Source: a virus
Taxonomy: Duplodnaviria; Caudoviricetes
Direction: 5' to 3' (one strand)
IMG/VR virus record: IMGVR_UViG_3300033067_001261
Location: 1 to 28,412 of that record
Length of the DNA: 28,412 nt
Of this stretch, positions 7,499-16,068 are shown piece after piece (position 1 is the first letter of the stretch; every line of letters begins with the position of its first letter). The position numbers and the translations under genes were made by a program. The notes beneath the pieces were generated by a model, which had not been told where the DNA came from, ran no database searches, and saw only the letters and a program-made list of their open reading frames with translations.

Positions 7499-7972
7499 TC
7501 ACCACCATGCCATGTATTCGAGTGTCAAGTCGCCGTCTTCTTCCATCTCGGTGACTTCCTTCAAAAGCTCTTCCAGTGACTTCACCGTCAGGCGCACATC
7601 GTTCGGGTACCACTGATAGCAGAGAGCATAGCTGTAATGGGCAAGCATGTCTTGGTGGAACTCGTAGACGGTCTTCTCTTCGTCCGTCCACTCGATCGTT
7701 GAGTTTGGTGCCGGCCAACTATAGGAGCCGTCCTCTTGCTTGGCCTTCTTAAGAAGCTCTTCGACCTTCTCGATGGTCTCTGCGTACTCATTTGCGTTCT
7801 CAAGCATCAACCCCACGTCATAGCTGTCGAACTGATAGTATTCGATGTTCTTGAGTTCGTCACCCCACTTGCCGAAAAGCCTGTCAGCGACCAGCGCATG
7901 CAGGCAGTAGTTCATGTGATGCTCCTGGATCCGCTCTCGCTTTGTCTTGTAGAAGTACTGATCCAATCCCAT
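7499..7972 (-). CDS. Phage protein with an MGLD-type N-terminus
   Basis: AAGGAG RBS. MGLDQYFY start and EYMAWW end resemble a common uncharacterised phage family. Confidence 0.85.
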   Translation of the reverse strand: MGLDQYFYKTKRERIQEHHMNYCLHALVADRLFGKWGDELKNIEYYQFDSYDVGLMLENANEYAETIEKVEELLKKAKQEDGSYSWPAPNSTIEWTDEEKTVYEFHQDMLAHYSYALCYQWYPNDVRLTVKSLEELLKEVTEMEEDGDLTLEYMAWW

Positions 7973-8151
7973 GTCATCTCTCCTTGTGTTGTTTGTTCAT
8001 TCAATAACCACCTTCCCCCTCATTGCAGCGTTCATGGACGCTCTGTTCTTCACGCAGGAGTTCAGCACTGCAAGAGGGGTAGGGCAGTATTCCGTTAAAG
8101 CCGGCACTGTCGTCGTGCGTCCCGAAGGCGGCAAACTTGACCGGCACTGCT

Positions 8152-8526
8152 TCAACGCTGTTTCAGTCTGAAAAGGAACTGTCGATGTTCCTGGATCTCA
8201 TCCGGAACAAGAGGCATCCATCCGCTCCACGTGGAGAGATAGATGCGGTATTCATACGTGATACTGGCAGTGCCGTCGTACAACACCACAACCTGTCGTA
8301 CATCACACGGCAGAAAAACACACCGCACCTTGTAGCGGTACTCGTGTGTGATCTGCCACCGGCACTTCCCCTCAGCTGTGTCCTTGCGGAACTTCTTCTC
8401 CTTCCGCGTCCACTCGGCTGATCTCAGATTCGGCGGTGTCTGCTTCTGCCAGATATGCCTGACATTGTTGAAGTAGCGTATCTGAGTTCCTTCGTGACTG
8501 ACGGAGGAAGTCGAGGGCAACGTCAT
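8152..8526 (-). CDS. Hypothetical basic, aromatic-rich protein
   Basis: AAGGAG lies 7 nt before ATG 8526, and there is an internal ITHEYR/ITYEYR repeat. Confidence 0.6.
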   Translation of the reverse strand: MTLPSTSSVSHEGTQIRYFNNVRHIWQKQTPPNLRSAEWTRKEKKFRKDTAEGKCRWQITHEYRYKVRCVFLPCDVRQVVVLYDGTASITYEYRIYLSTWSGWMPLVPDEIQEHRQFLFRLKQR

Positions 8527-8656
8527 AGGAAGCTCCTTCGCTTGCACTGACAGGCATTGTTTGGTAGAAGAGTTGTTCGGCTTCGGTGAGAAGCTGGATG
8601 TTCTGCCTGCTGCAGTCCATCGTGTCGGTGATCACTTGGCGTATTTCTTGCGTCAT
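8372..8656 (-). CDS. Hypothetical protein
   Basis: GGAG RBS, starting immediately after the dnaB stop. Confidence 0.6.
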   Translation of the reverse strand: MTQEIRQVITDTMDCSRQNIQLLTEAEQLFYQTMPVSASEGASYDVALDFLRQSRRNSDTLLQQCQAYLAEADTAESEISRVDAEGEEVPQGHS

Positions 8657-8657
8657 G

Positions 8658-9977
8658 TCAGTCTCCAAAATTCAGTTGTGTGATACGGCTCGATACTTTC
8701 GTCAGCGGACCATTGAAGCTGCCGATACGGAAGCCTGCAGCTCCGTTTCTGTTCTTGGCCACGTCGATCTCGATAGCCCCGTCTGCAGGGGTCATCTCGT
8801 CACGGCATAGCTGCTCATGGTAGTACTCGGGACGAAAGGGGAACAAGACAATGTCCGCTTCCTGTTCGATCGCACCCGAGTCCCGAAGGTCGGAGAGCAT
8901 CGGCCTCTTGTCGGGCTTGTATTCGACACCCCGGTTGAGCTGCGACATGGCCACAACCGTGATGCCGTAGTCTTTCGAGATGGCCTTGAGCTCTTCGGCA
9001 ATGATGCCTATCTCACGCTCTCTCGAATGGGTCTTGGCAGGAGTGATCTTGCCGATATGGTCCACGTAGACCACGTCAATACCCTCACGGGACTGCTTCT
9101 GGCGTATCGCCGAGCGAATGTCTCCCGTCGTTACACGGCTCCGGAAGTCCAAGTGATAGGGCTCATGCTTGATGATCTCCGCAGCGGCCCGGATCTCGGC
9201 ACGTTCCTGCTCCGAGAGTGCCAATGCGTAGCTGATCTTGTTGACAGGGATGCCCGTGTAATAGGCAAACACCCGGTCATAGAACTGCTGCCGGCCCATA
9301 TCGATCTGGAAGAACATAGAGCGTACTCCCGTCTTGGCAGACTCGAGCATCATGGAGAGACACAGAGCCGACTTGCCCATGCCCGGACGACCTGCCACAA
9401 TGATCATATCACCGCCACGTGCTCCGCTGATGAGGGAATCCACCAGCTCCAGGTTAAAGGGCTTGGTGGGGTTGATGTCGGGATTGGTGGCTTCGTTGAC
9501 GTACCTGTCAATGTCGGCCTGCTTGTTGGGTGTTCCGTTGTTTGCTGTCGTTACCTTGAAGAACTTCTCTTCTGCCGTAGCGAATACACTCAGAGGATCG
9601 GACTCGCTTTCATTCTGTAAGGTCTCCACGACCTCCTGACTGATACCGATGACGGCTCTCTTGTGGTAGAGCTTCTCGAGCACCTTGGCAGCATGCTTGA
9701 AGTTGTAGGGGTCGACGTAGGCAGAACCCATCTGCATGATCTGCAGTACCTGGCCTCCGGCTGTTACCGTCCCCTGCTCCTTCATGCGGCTTGTCACGTT
9801 GATCATGTTGACAGGCTGCTGGCGTTGCCACAGGTCAATGGCTGTCAGGTAGATGGCCTTTGTTGCGGGGCTTGTGAAGTACTCGGCCCGTAGCATTGTT
9901 GGGTCTACGCTTTCTTTTTCGTTGTGCTGCAGGAAGATCGACAACGCTTCCTTCTCCATGTCCACATCTGCATACAT
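8658..9977 (-). CDS. dnaB: Replicative DNA helicase, DnaB family (SF4)
   Basis: N-terminal DnaB domain, Walker A AGRPGMGKS, VDHI, MSQLNR, LSDLRDSGAIEQEAD and AKNRNG. Confidence 0.96.
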   Translation of the reverse strand: MYADVDMEKEALSIFLQHNEKESVDPTMLRAEYFTSPATKAIYLTAIDLWQRQQPVNMINVTSRMKEQGTVTAGGQVLQIMQMGSAYVDPYNFKHAAKVLEKLYHKRAVIGISQEVVETLQNESESDPLSVFATAEEKFFKVTTANNGTPNKQADIDRYVNEATNPDINPTKPFNLELVDSLISGARGGDMIIVAGRPGMGKSALCLSMMLESAKTGVRSMFFQIDMGRQQFYDRVFAYYTGIPVNKISYALALSEQERAEIRAAAEIIKHEPYHLDFRSRVTTGDIRSAIRQKQSREGIDVVYVDHIGKITPAKTHSREREIGIIAEELKAISKDYGITVVAMSQLNRGVEYKPDKRPMLSDLRDSGAIEQEADIVLFPFRPEYYHEQLCRDEMTPADGAIEIDVAKNRNGAAGFRIGSFNGPLTKVSSRITQLNFGD

Positions 9978-10311
9978 GCTTCATTGTCTCTCTGATAAAT
10001 GTGATGGTTCGTTCTGTACACAGCTCTGAGGGTGTGCATCTGAGGATGCGCCAGCCCATAGCTGTTGCGTGATTGTACTTCTCCATGTCCTTCACGAATC
10101 CTGCTCCCGACGTGTGCCGTCCACCGGTCCATACGGCTCCTTCACACTCGAGAGCGATCTTCTCGTCCAGGAAGGCATAGTCGAAGAGCCACTTCCTGCG
10201 AGGGTGGAACTTGTACTCCGTTGTGGGTCGAAGTCCAAGCTCACCCTTGCAGTAGTGTGGGAATGCCTTCTTTGCCAAGTCGGCACTCAGTTTTGCCGAG
10301 GACTTAGCCAT
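9835..10311 (-). CDS. Vsr/DUF559-like PD-(D/E)xK endonuclease
   Basis: EYKFHPRRKWLFDYA, IALECEG, GRHT and KDMEKYN..A...GWRILR. Start at ATG 10311 is coupled to the upstream stop. Confidence 0.88.
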   Translation of the reverse strand: MAKSSAKLSADLAKKAFPHYCKGELGLRPTTEYKFHPRRKWLFDYAFLDEKIALECEGAVWTGGRHTSGAGFVKDMEKYNHATAMGWRILRCTPSELCTERTITFIRETMKHVCRCGHGEGSVVDLPAAQRKRKRRPNNATGRVLHKPRNKGHLPDSH

Positions 10312-10600
10312 CGACAAAGGAGTCGAGAATGTCCTGTGTCGCTTCGGCATACTTCTCGGCAATGGCCTCGATGCCGTCGTGCTCGAGGACATCCTTGATG
10401 GCTTCCTTGATCTGCTCTCTGTAGTCAGACAGAAAGTTCTCGTGGAACTTGATCATGCGCTCCTCCAGTTCTTTGTCCGTCAAATAGGCCAGTCGCATGA
10501 GGTCGCTTTCGAAGACATAGAGATCGATCTGCAGCTTCAATGCCGTTGCTCCCGTATGGGCTTTGGAGACCATGTGAGCATTCTTGAACTCAACGACCAT
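10304..10600 (-). CDS. Hypothetical protein
   Basis: AGGAG RBS and overlapping junctions on both sides. Confidence 0.8.
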   Translation of the reverse strand: MVVEFKNAHMVSKAHTGATALKLQIDLYVFESDLMRLAYLTDKELEERMIKFHENFLSDYREQIKEAIKDVLEHDGIEAIAEKYAEATQDILDSFVDG

Positions 10601-10955
10601 TGTCTTCTCCTGTACGATTTGCTTCGGATTGCTTCATTGGAACCGTAGGACAGTTGCCACCCATTTTGTTGGCGATCAGCTTCATGAAATGTTCAACACA
10701 AGCATGAGCAAAATCAGATGCGCCGTAATTCAGAATGCCAACCGTGTCGCCTAGTTCATTGAGCGCATTGCGGATTTCCATGTTTGTGAGGAACCGGCCT
10801 TCTTGAATAGCGTGAGCCCAACATCCTGGAACCACCGTGCATGCTTGCGCTTCATGGTGCCAGTTGTCTACAAGCGCATGAGGCAAGGGAACCACTTCGA
10901 CCGAATCGATAAACTCGTTCATCGTGTAGCCGTCAATGGGCTTATCTAAGACCAT
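10590..10955 (-). CDS. Hypothetical protein
   Basis: GGAG RBS before ATG 10955, flanked by 16-bp direct repeats. Confidence 0.75.
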   Translation of the reverse strand: MVLDKPIDGYTMNEFIDSVEVVPLPHALVDNWHHEAQACTVVPGCWAHAIQEGRFLTNMEIRNALNELGDTVGILNYGASDFAHACVEHFMKLIANKMGGNCPTVPMKQSEANRTGEDNGR

Positions 10956-10965
10956 TGTCTTCTCC
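10595..10965. repeat. 16-bp direct repeat GACCATTGTCTTCTCC at 10595-10610 and 10950-10965
   Basis: Identical RBS and start junctions. Both upstream proteins end in TGEDNG. Confidence 0.85.
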
Positions 10966-11337
10966 CGTATTTGGTTCCAGAAGCTCCGGAGCATTCTTCT
11001 TCATGAGGTCTGCTGCGACGATCTCCATACCGTCCTGGAGTGTTCGGCACGGAGCGATCATGATGGCCCGCTTGATCTTGCCATCCACAAAGCACCTACT
11101 CACTGTTACGGGATTTACGACTCCGGGAGTCGTAGATACCGACAGGATGTAGTACTCGTCGTCGGACGTGTAGTACCGGTAGTTGAGCTCGTACTTGTCA
11201 GCGAACACCTGATGCCACTCATAGTGACGTGTACGCATGACAGCTTCGTCGTAGATCGTGGCGGATGCTTCGAGGCTTTCCATCGTCTCGTTCTCGGCAT
11301 CGTCAAGAAGAGACTGTTTCACCTGCTCGGACGACAT
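10942..11337 (-). CDS. Hypothetical protein
   Basis: GGAGG RBS, 131 aa. Confidence 0.8.
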   Translation of the reverse strand: MSSEQVKQSLLDDAENETMESLEASATIYDEAVMRTRHYEWHQVFADKYELNYRYYTSDDEYYILSVSTTPGVVNPVTVSRCFVDGKIKRAIMIAPCRTLQDGMEIVAADLMKKNAPELLEPNTGEDNGLR

Positions 11338-11346
11338 AGTTCCTCC

Positions 11347-11577
11347 CTATCGAGTTGAAGTGTGATTGGCAGCTTTGCCGTTGCGGATCGCCGCCCCGCC
11401 TGCATCGCCTGAGCGGACGTACTTGACATTGGCGACAGGGATGAGTACCCTGCCGCCGTCTGCCGTTTTGATCTTGAGGAAGTTGCCCGTGTCTTCGACA
11501 TCTTCCCAATCGGTGATCTTGTAGTGATAGCTGCCTCCGTCCGTGAATGTGACGGTGATGTCAATTCCAGAAGACAT
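11347..11577 (-). CDS. Small beta-rich hypothetical protein
   Basis: AGGAG RBS before MSSGID, 76 aa. Confidence 0.75.
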   Translation of the reverse strand: MSSGIDITVTFTDGGSYHYKITDWEDVEDTGNFLKIKTADGGRVLIPVANVKYVRSGDAGGAAIRNGKAANHTSTR

Positions 11578-12376
11578 GAGTGATCTCCTTGAGCTTTTCA
11601 ACATGTGAGGTCTTGAGAGCATAGCTCTCGGGGAACGTCGTCATGTTGGTGATGGCCATGAATGCCGAGAATTCCGGTACATTCCACTCACGCTCTTCGA
11701 TCATTCGGGCTCGCATGTTGAACGAGGCCGTGACCTTGTGCTCGGCACCGAAGGCCTTGATGACCTCCCTCTGTACCTTCGCAAACGCAGCCGGATCGCC
11801 CGACCATACCTTGGTTGCAATGGGTGAAGACTCCCACTCGTTGAGGATGCGTGGGATGGCGTTCTTAAGGTCTGTAAGTGTCGCCTCCACGTTGCCCAAA
11901 TGCTTCCGTCGTGTTTCATGTCTGATCTCTCCGCCGAGGAACTTGGTCGGCAATCCGAAGATGTTCTGGCAATAGCTGATCTTGCCGCCAATGCCCGCAC
12001 GCAGGGATGCCGAGCCGTCGTAGCTGTTCAGGATGTTCAACAGGCAGCGAGCTTCATGCTTCTTGCCGTTACCGAGGTCCACACCGATGGCAGGCACGGG
12101 AGCTTCAAGACAGAACTCGTAGCGTCCCCGCTCATCGATCACACCACGGTGGAACTCGAAGCCGTCAGCGATGACAAGGCCACGCACCATTTCGATGATG
12201 TCCTTGTTCGGCAATGGCTTGTATTCCTTGCCCATGTAGTAGGTCGTGTTGTCCAGCGGGTTCATGACCGCATTGTAGCCCGTATACACGTCATTGGCCA
12301 TGGCAGGCACAGTGATGACAGGTACATCCATTACGTCGAGGTCGTCATAGTGTTCGATGATCACGAGAGACTCCAT
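11561..12376 (-). CDS. DUF932/DUF945-like protein
   Basis: NSYDGS...G....YCQN and RKH resemble the NSHDGS..G..R.VC.N..H signature. Confidence 0.7.
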   Translation of the reverse strand: MESLVIIEHYDDLDVMDVPVITVPAMANDVYTGYNAVMNPLDNTTYYMGKEYKPLPNKDIIEMVRGLVIADGFEFHRGVIDERGRYEFCLEAPVPAIGVDLGNGKKHEARCLLNILNSYDGSASLRAGIGGKISYCQNIFGLPTKFLGGEIRHETRRKHLGNVEATLTDLKNAIPRILNEWESSPIATKVWSGDPAAFAKVQREVIKAFGAEHKVTASFNMRARMIEEREWNVPEFSAFMAITNMTTFPESYALKTSHVEKLKEITHVFWN

Positions 12377-12843
12377 TTCTGTGTTCGTTCTGCAAAAAGG
12401 TTGTCGAGGTTCTGCACGATGCAGGTGATCTCATGGCTGAGGTCCTGATAGTGTCGTCCGTAGGTGTAGCGGTGTGCGTGGTCTGAGTCTGAGGAATCGT
12501 AGATCTCCTGCTCGGTCGAGGGGCTGAGCTTCATCTTTTCGCTGTCGAGGGTCTTGAAGGACGGCAGCGACGAGATGCGGATGCGGAGTCCCTTGGGAGT
12601 GCTTTCGTAGATGAGCTGGTTATTGACCATTCCACCAAGAGCTGCCCATACGAGAAGGATGCGGAGCTGCGTGGGTGGATAGTCGATGAACTTGAAGTCG
12701 TTGTCTTTCTTCTCGTAGGGCTTGAACAAGAGGTTGTAGGCCGCCGAGAATGTTGGGCACTCTCCGTAGTCGACGTAGACCTGATTGTTGTGGACCTTGA
12801 AGCACTCCAACCATGCCGTCATGATCTCCTTCGGCGTGGTCAT
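12361..12843 (-). CDS. Hypothetical protein
   Basis: AAGGA RBS and an ATGA overlap with the upstream ORF. Confidence 0.8.
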   Translation of the reverse strand: MTTPKEIMTAWLECFKVHNNQVYVDYGECPTFSAAYNLLFKPYEKKDNDFKFIDYPPTQLRILLVWAALGGMVNNQLIYESTPKGLRIRISSLPSFKTLDSEKMKLSPSTEQEIYDSSDSDHAHRYTYGRHYQDLSHEITCIVQNLDNLFAERTQKWSLS

Positions 12844-13085
12844 AGCCGGTCCTTTCGGAGATAGTAGAGATAGTAACTGTCGCCCTCCGGAGCATCTTTT
12901 GAGATCTGCACTCCGAGGCAAGTGCGGTCCATAGAGCCCAATGAACCCATATGACGGACCTCATAAGGCCAATTGTCAAAGGTCCTGTACGATTCCAGGT
13001 CTTTTGTTGCCTTACGGAACTGGTCCCGGCCAACCTGCTTGAAGATCCTCCCTCCACGTTCGATCTCTTCGGTGTATTCCGTCAT
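12840..13085 (-). CDS. Hypothetical protein
   Basis: ATGA overlaps at both ends. Confidence 0.75.
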   Translation of the reverse strand: MTEYTEEIERGGRIFKQVGRDQFRKATKDLESYRTFDNWPYEVRHMGSLGSMDRTCLGVQISKDAPEGDSYYLYYLRKDRL

Positions 13086-13690
13086 ACGACCACCTTGCTT
13101 TCAAGCTTGGTCCGGAAGGCATCGAAGTCATCCACCGACAGCTCCGACATTGCCGAATAGCCTCGCTTGCTCAGCAAGGAATCCACTTCGGCCTTGTTCC
13201 ACTTGTGCTTGACAGCCGTACTGCGAAGGATCTCAGCTTGCTCAGGGCTGATCTTGGCTGCCGACTTCTGATAGGTCGATGCCTGACGAGGCTCCTGTGA
13301 GGACTCATTGCCGTCATCGTCAATGTCCGAGACGATACCGATGGCCGCAGCAAAGGCATAGCGGCGAGCATAGGTGATCGCTGAGCCGTACTTCTGCGGT
13401 GTGAGCTTATCGCCCAAGGGCATAGTGCAGATGGCCGAGATGAACTCTCCGGTCGTGTGCAGCACCATAGTCGACATGGCAAGGATTCCCGGTGCAGAGT
13501 CCTCAACGAATTGAACGACGGACAGACCATGCTTGGCAAGGATCGGTCGTGCCGTGCGGATGATGGAACCAAGGTCGGCATAGAGGGAGCCGAACTGAGG
13601 GTTGACCTTGTCTTTGACGGCTTCGGGCATTTCAGCCTGAGCCAGAGACAGAGCGGCAGCAAGATTCGACAGGCTTGTCGATCTTTCCAT
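13082..13690 (-). CDS. erf: ERF-family single-strand annealing protein
   Basis: KDKVNPQFGSLYADL, LHTTGE, PQKYGSAITYARRY and GI..DIDDDG, with an AGGAG RBS. Confidence 0.93.
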   Translation of the reverse strand: MERSTSLSNLAAALSLAQAEMPEAVKDKVNPQFGSLYADLGSIIRTARPILAKHGLSVVQFVEDSAPGILAMSTMVLHTTGEFISAICTMPLGDKLTPQKYGSAITYARRYAFAAAIGIVSDIDDDGNESSQEPRQASTYQKSAAKISPEQAEILRSTAVKHKWNKAEVDSLLSKRGYSAMSELSVDDFDAFRTKLESKVVV

Positions 13691-13800
13691 GATATACTCC
13701 TGCGTAAAGAATTGTGTAAGTTAGGACTAGGTGAAGCTGAAATCAAGCTGAAATTCAGCCCAATATCCACACCGACCTTTCTTACATCGCAGAACCGCAC
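13691..13800. promoter_or_regulatory. Divergent control region between the replication and structural operons
   Basis: Direct repeat AAGCTGAAAT at 13734-13743 and 13745-13754, palindrome GCTGAA-A-TTCAGC at 13747-13759, and inverted TGTAAG/CTTACA at 13715 and 13781. Confidence 0.55.
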
Positions 13801-16059
13801 ATGGCAAAACGCATAGACCCCATGTCCGACAAGATGCTCGAACTCAACGGCTTCTTTCGGAGAGCTTGGTCCAACCGCGGACGTATCGTAAAAGACCTGG
13901 CAAACGACGAGCAGATGTACTTCTCCGACGTGGAAGACACCCGCAGCCAGTTCACGAAAGAGCAGCTCAACTTCATCAACGAGAAGTACAAGATCCCGAT
14001 CAGCACCAAGATCTCTTGGGCCATCATCGAGCAGATGATCTCTTTCCTGACGGGAGCAAAGCCGTACCCGCGTCTTATTGCTCAGTCGGAAGCACTTGGG
14101 GAATGGGCTCAGATGTACGAGAAGGCCTTTAACGCCATCTGGTACGAAGGAAAGATGAACAACGAGCTGACACAGGCCACACGGGATATGCTGGCCGTAG
14201 GCATCGGGTGGGTACGGGTACGCAAGAACGACTTCTACAACGAGACGACCTTCAACGTCGTGGCCGAGTACGTCGATTGGCGCAAGGTCATGGTCGATCC
14301 CCACAGCTACAAGAACGACTTCTCCGATGCCGAGTATATGATCCATGCCGAGTTCATCCCGGTCTACAAGGCCGAGAAACGCTACGACATCGAGATTGAC
14401 TACAACGACTCGGATTCATGGACGAACATCGGTCTTGGTGGTTCCGAAGAGGACACCATGATCCTGCAGACCATCTACCCCTATGACTCTGCGGTCGGAT
14501 TCAATGACAAGAACCGCTACGTATGGGTACGGGAGTTCTTCCAGAAGGTCGACGCCAATGTCTACCTCTCCGAAGACGGTAACGTCAGCAGCAAGAAGCC
14601 TCTTCCGACAGAAGTCCCCAATCCCGAAAAGATGGAACTGCAGGCACAGATCCAGCAGCTCATGATGCAGAAGCAACAGGCCACCCAAGCTCAGCTGGCC
14701 GCCAAGCTCAACGCTCAGTCTGCCGAGCAGTACGCTCAGGATGATGCCACCGGAACAACGGAAGCCATGAGCGAGATGGCACAGGCAGCAGGAGCAACGG
14801 CACAGGTCGACAACGGTGTAGCCCAACTGGATGAACAGCTTCGCATGCTTTCGCAGCAGATGGCACAGATGCCCGACCTCATCACCGTCTACGACTTCGA
14901 AACGATCGTAGGCGACAAGATCCAGGTACGGGAGTTCATCAAGACCACGCAGAAGCTCATCAAGCGATACCTCTGTGTCGGCAACAAGATCATCGAGCAA
15001 GAGCTTCTCCCCTGCAACGAGTACCCGCTCATCTCCTTCACGATGTCCCATGCCCGTAATCCCAGCAAGGTCTACGGGGTCATGCACTACATCAAGGACA
15101 TGGTCAAGGCCATGAACAAGTTCTGGGCGGCCCTCATCTACGATATGCAGGTGAACAGCAACCGCAAGGTTCTCTACGCTGCCAACACGATCACGGACCC
15201 TCACAGCATCGAGGAGAAGTGGTCGGAGCCTGACGCATGGATCGAGTACACGCCAAACTCCGATGCCAAGGACCAGGGACTTCCTCAGGTACTCCAGCCG
15301 ACACCGCTCAACCCGGCCTTCGTCAACGTCATCCAAATGCTGCAGGGACTCATCGAGTACATCACGGGCATCAGTGCCGTCGTGCAAGGTCAGGCCACCA
15401 GTGCCACTCCCGACAGTTTCGGCGGGATCTCTACGCTGCAGAGCTTTGGTACCCAGCGCATCAAGCTTTACAGCCGCTACATGGAGACTTCCCTTGAGAA
15501 GCTGGCCTATGTGACGGTCTGCTATTTGCAAGCCTACGCACCCAAGGACAAGGTGCTGACCTACCTCGATGAAGACGGCAATCAGCACGAGATCGAACTC
15601 CTGCAGAACAACGAGGACATCAAGTTCAAGGTCCGTGTCAACCTTGCCAGCAACCTGCCCACACAACGCCACATGGCAGCACAGCTTCTGGGAGCCATCT
15701 CCGGACAGACGAAGAACCCAGCCGTGGCAGATGCTCTCACCGAGGCCATGCTCAAGTACCTCGATATGCCCGATGCCCAGAACATCCTCGACAGAGTGGA
15801 CACGGTCAAGAATCTCCAGTCACAGCTCCAGCAAGCCGGCGACCAAGCGCAAAAGCTCACAAGCGAGAACGAACAGCTCAAGCAGCAGATGTTCCAAAAG
15901 GACATCGAAGTGCAGAAGCAGCTTGCCATGCAGGAGATCAAGGCCGCACGGGACATGAAGCTCATGGAAGTCGACCAGAACAAGGATGTCGACCCTACGC
16001 TGACGGCTCCGACGATCGGGACTTCCTCGGCACCTCAAGAACAGGAACCACCACTTTAA
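13801..16059 (+). CDS. Portal protein (P22-like, with C-terminal coiled coil)
   Basis: First gene of the head module, 752 aa. Motifs include VMVDP...DFSDAEY, YGVMHYIKD...NK and EYITGIS..VQG. Confidence 0.9.
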   Translation: MAKRIDPMSDKMLELNGFFRRAWSNRGRIVKDLANDEQMYFSDVEDTRSQFTKEQLNFINEKYKIPISTKISWAIIEQMISFLTGAKPYPRLIAQSEALGEWAQMYEKAFNAIWYEGKMNNELTQATRDMLAVGIGWVRVRKNDFYNETTFNVVAEYVDWRKVMVDPHSYKNDFSDAEYMIHAEFIPVYKAEKRYDIEIDYNDSDSWTNIGLGGSEEDTMILQTIYPYDSAVGFNDKNRYVWVREFFQKVDANVYLSEDGNVSSKKPLPTEVPNPEKMELQAQIQQLMMQKQQATQAQLAAKLNAQSAEQYAQDDATGTTEAMSEMAQAAGATAQVDNGVAQLDEQLRMLSQQMAQMPDLITVYDFETIVGDKIQVREFIKTTQKLIKRYLCVGNKIIEQELLPCNEYPLISFTMSHARNPSKVYGVMHYIKDMVKAMNKFWAALIYDMQVNSNRKVLYAANTITDPHSIEEKWSEPDAWIEYTPNSDAKDQGLPQVLQPTPLNPAFVNVIQMLQGLIEYITGISAVVQGQATSATPDSFGGISTLQSFGTQRIKLYSRYMETSLEKLAYVTVCYLQAYAPKDKVLTYLDEDGNQHEIELLQNNEDIKFKVRVNLASNLPTQRHMAAQLLGAISGQTKNPAVADALTEAMLKYLDMPDAQNILDRVDTVKNLQSQLQQAGDQAQKLTSENEQLKQQMFQKDIEVQKQLAMQEIKAARDMKLMEVDQNKDVDPTLTAPTIGTSSAPQEQEPPL

Positions 16060-16068
16060 GGAGAACAC

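Noticed and set aside
7975-8150. Possible small ORF between 7972 and 8152 on the minus strand
   Set aside because: Two frames of about 50 codons are open, but neither has a clear start or RBS.
13171-15672. Long antisense ORFs (13171-14346, 14416-15672; also 8817-9620 and 27340-28341)
   Set aside because: They are shadows of strongly C-ending codon bias in real genes, with no RBS or motifs.
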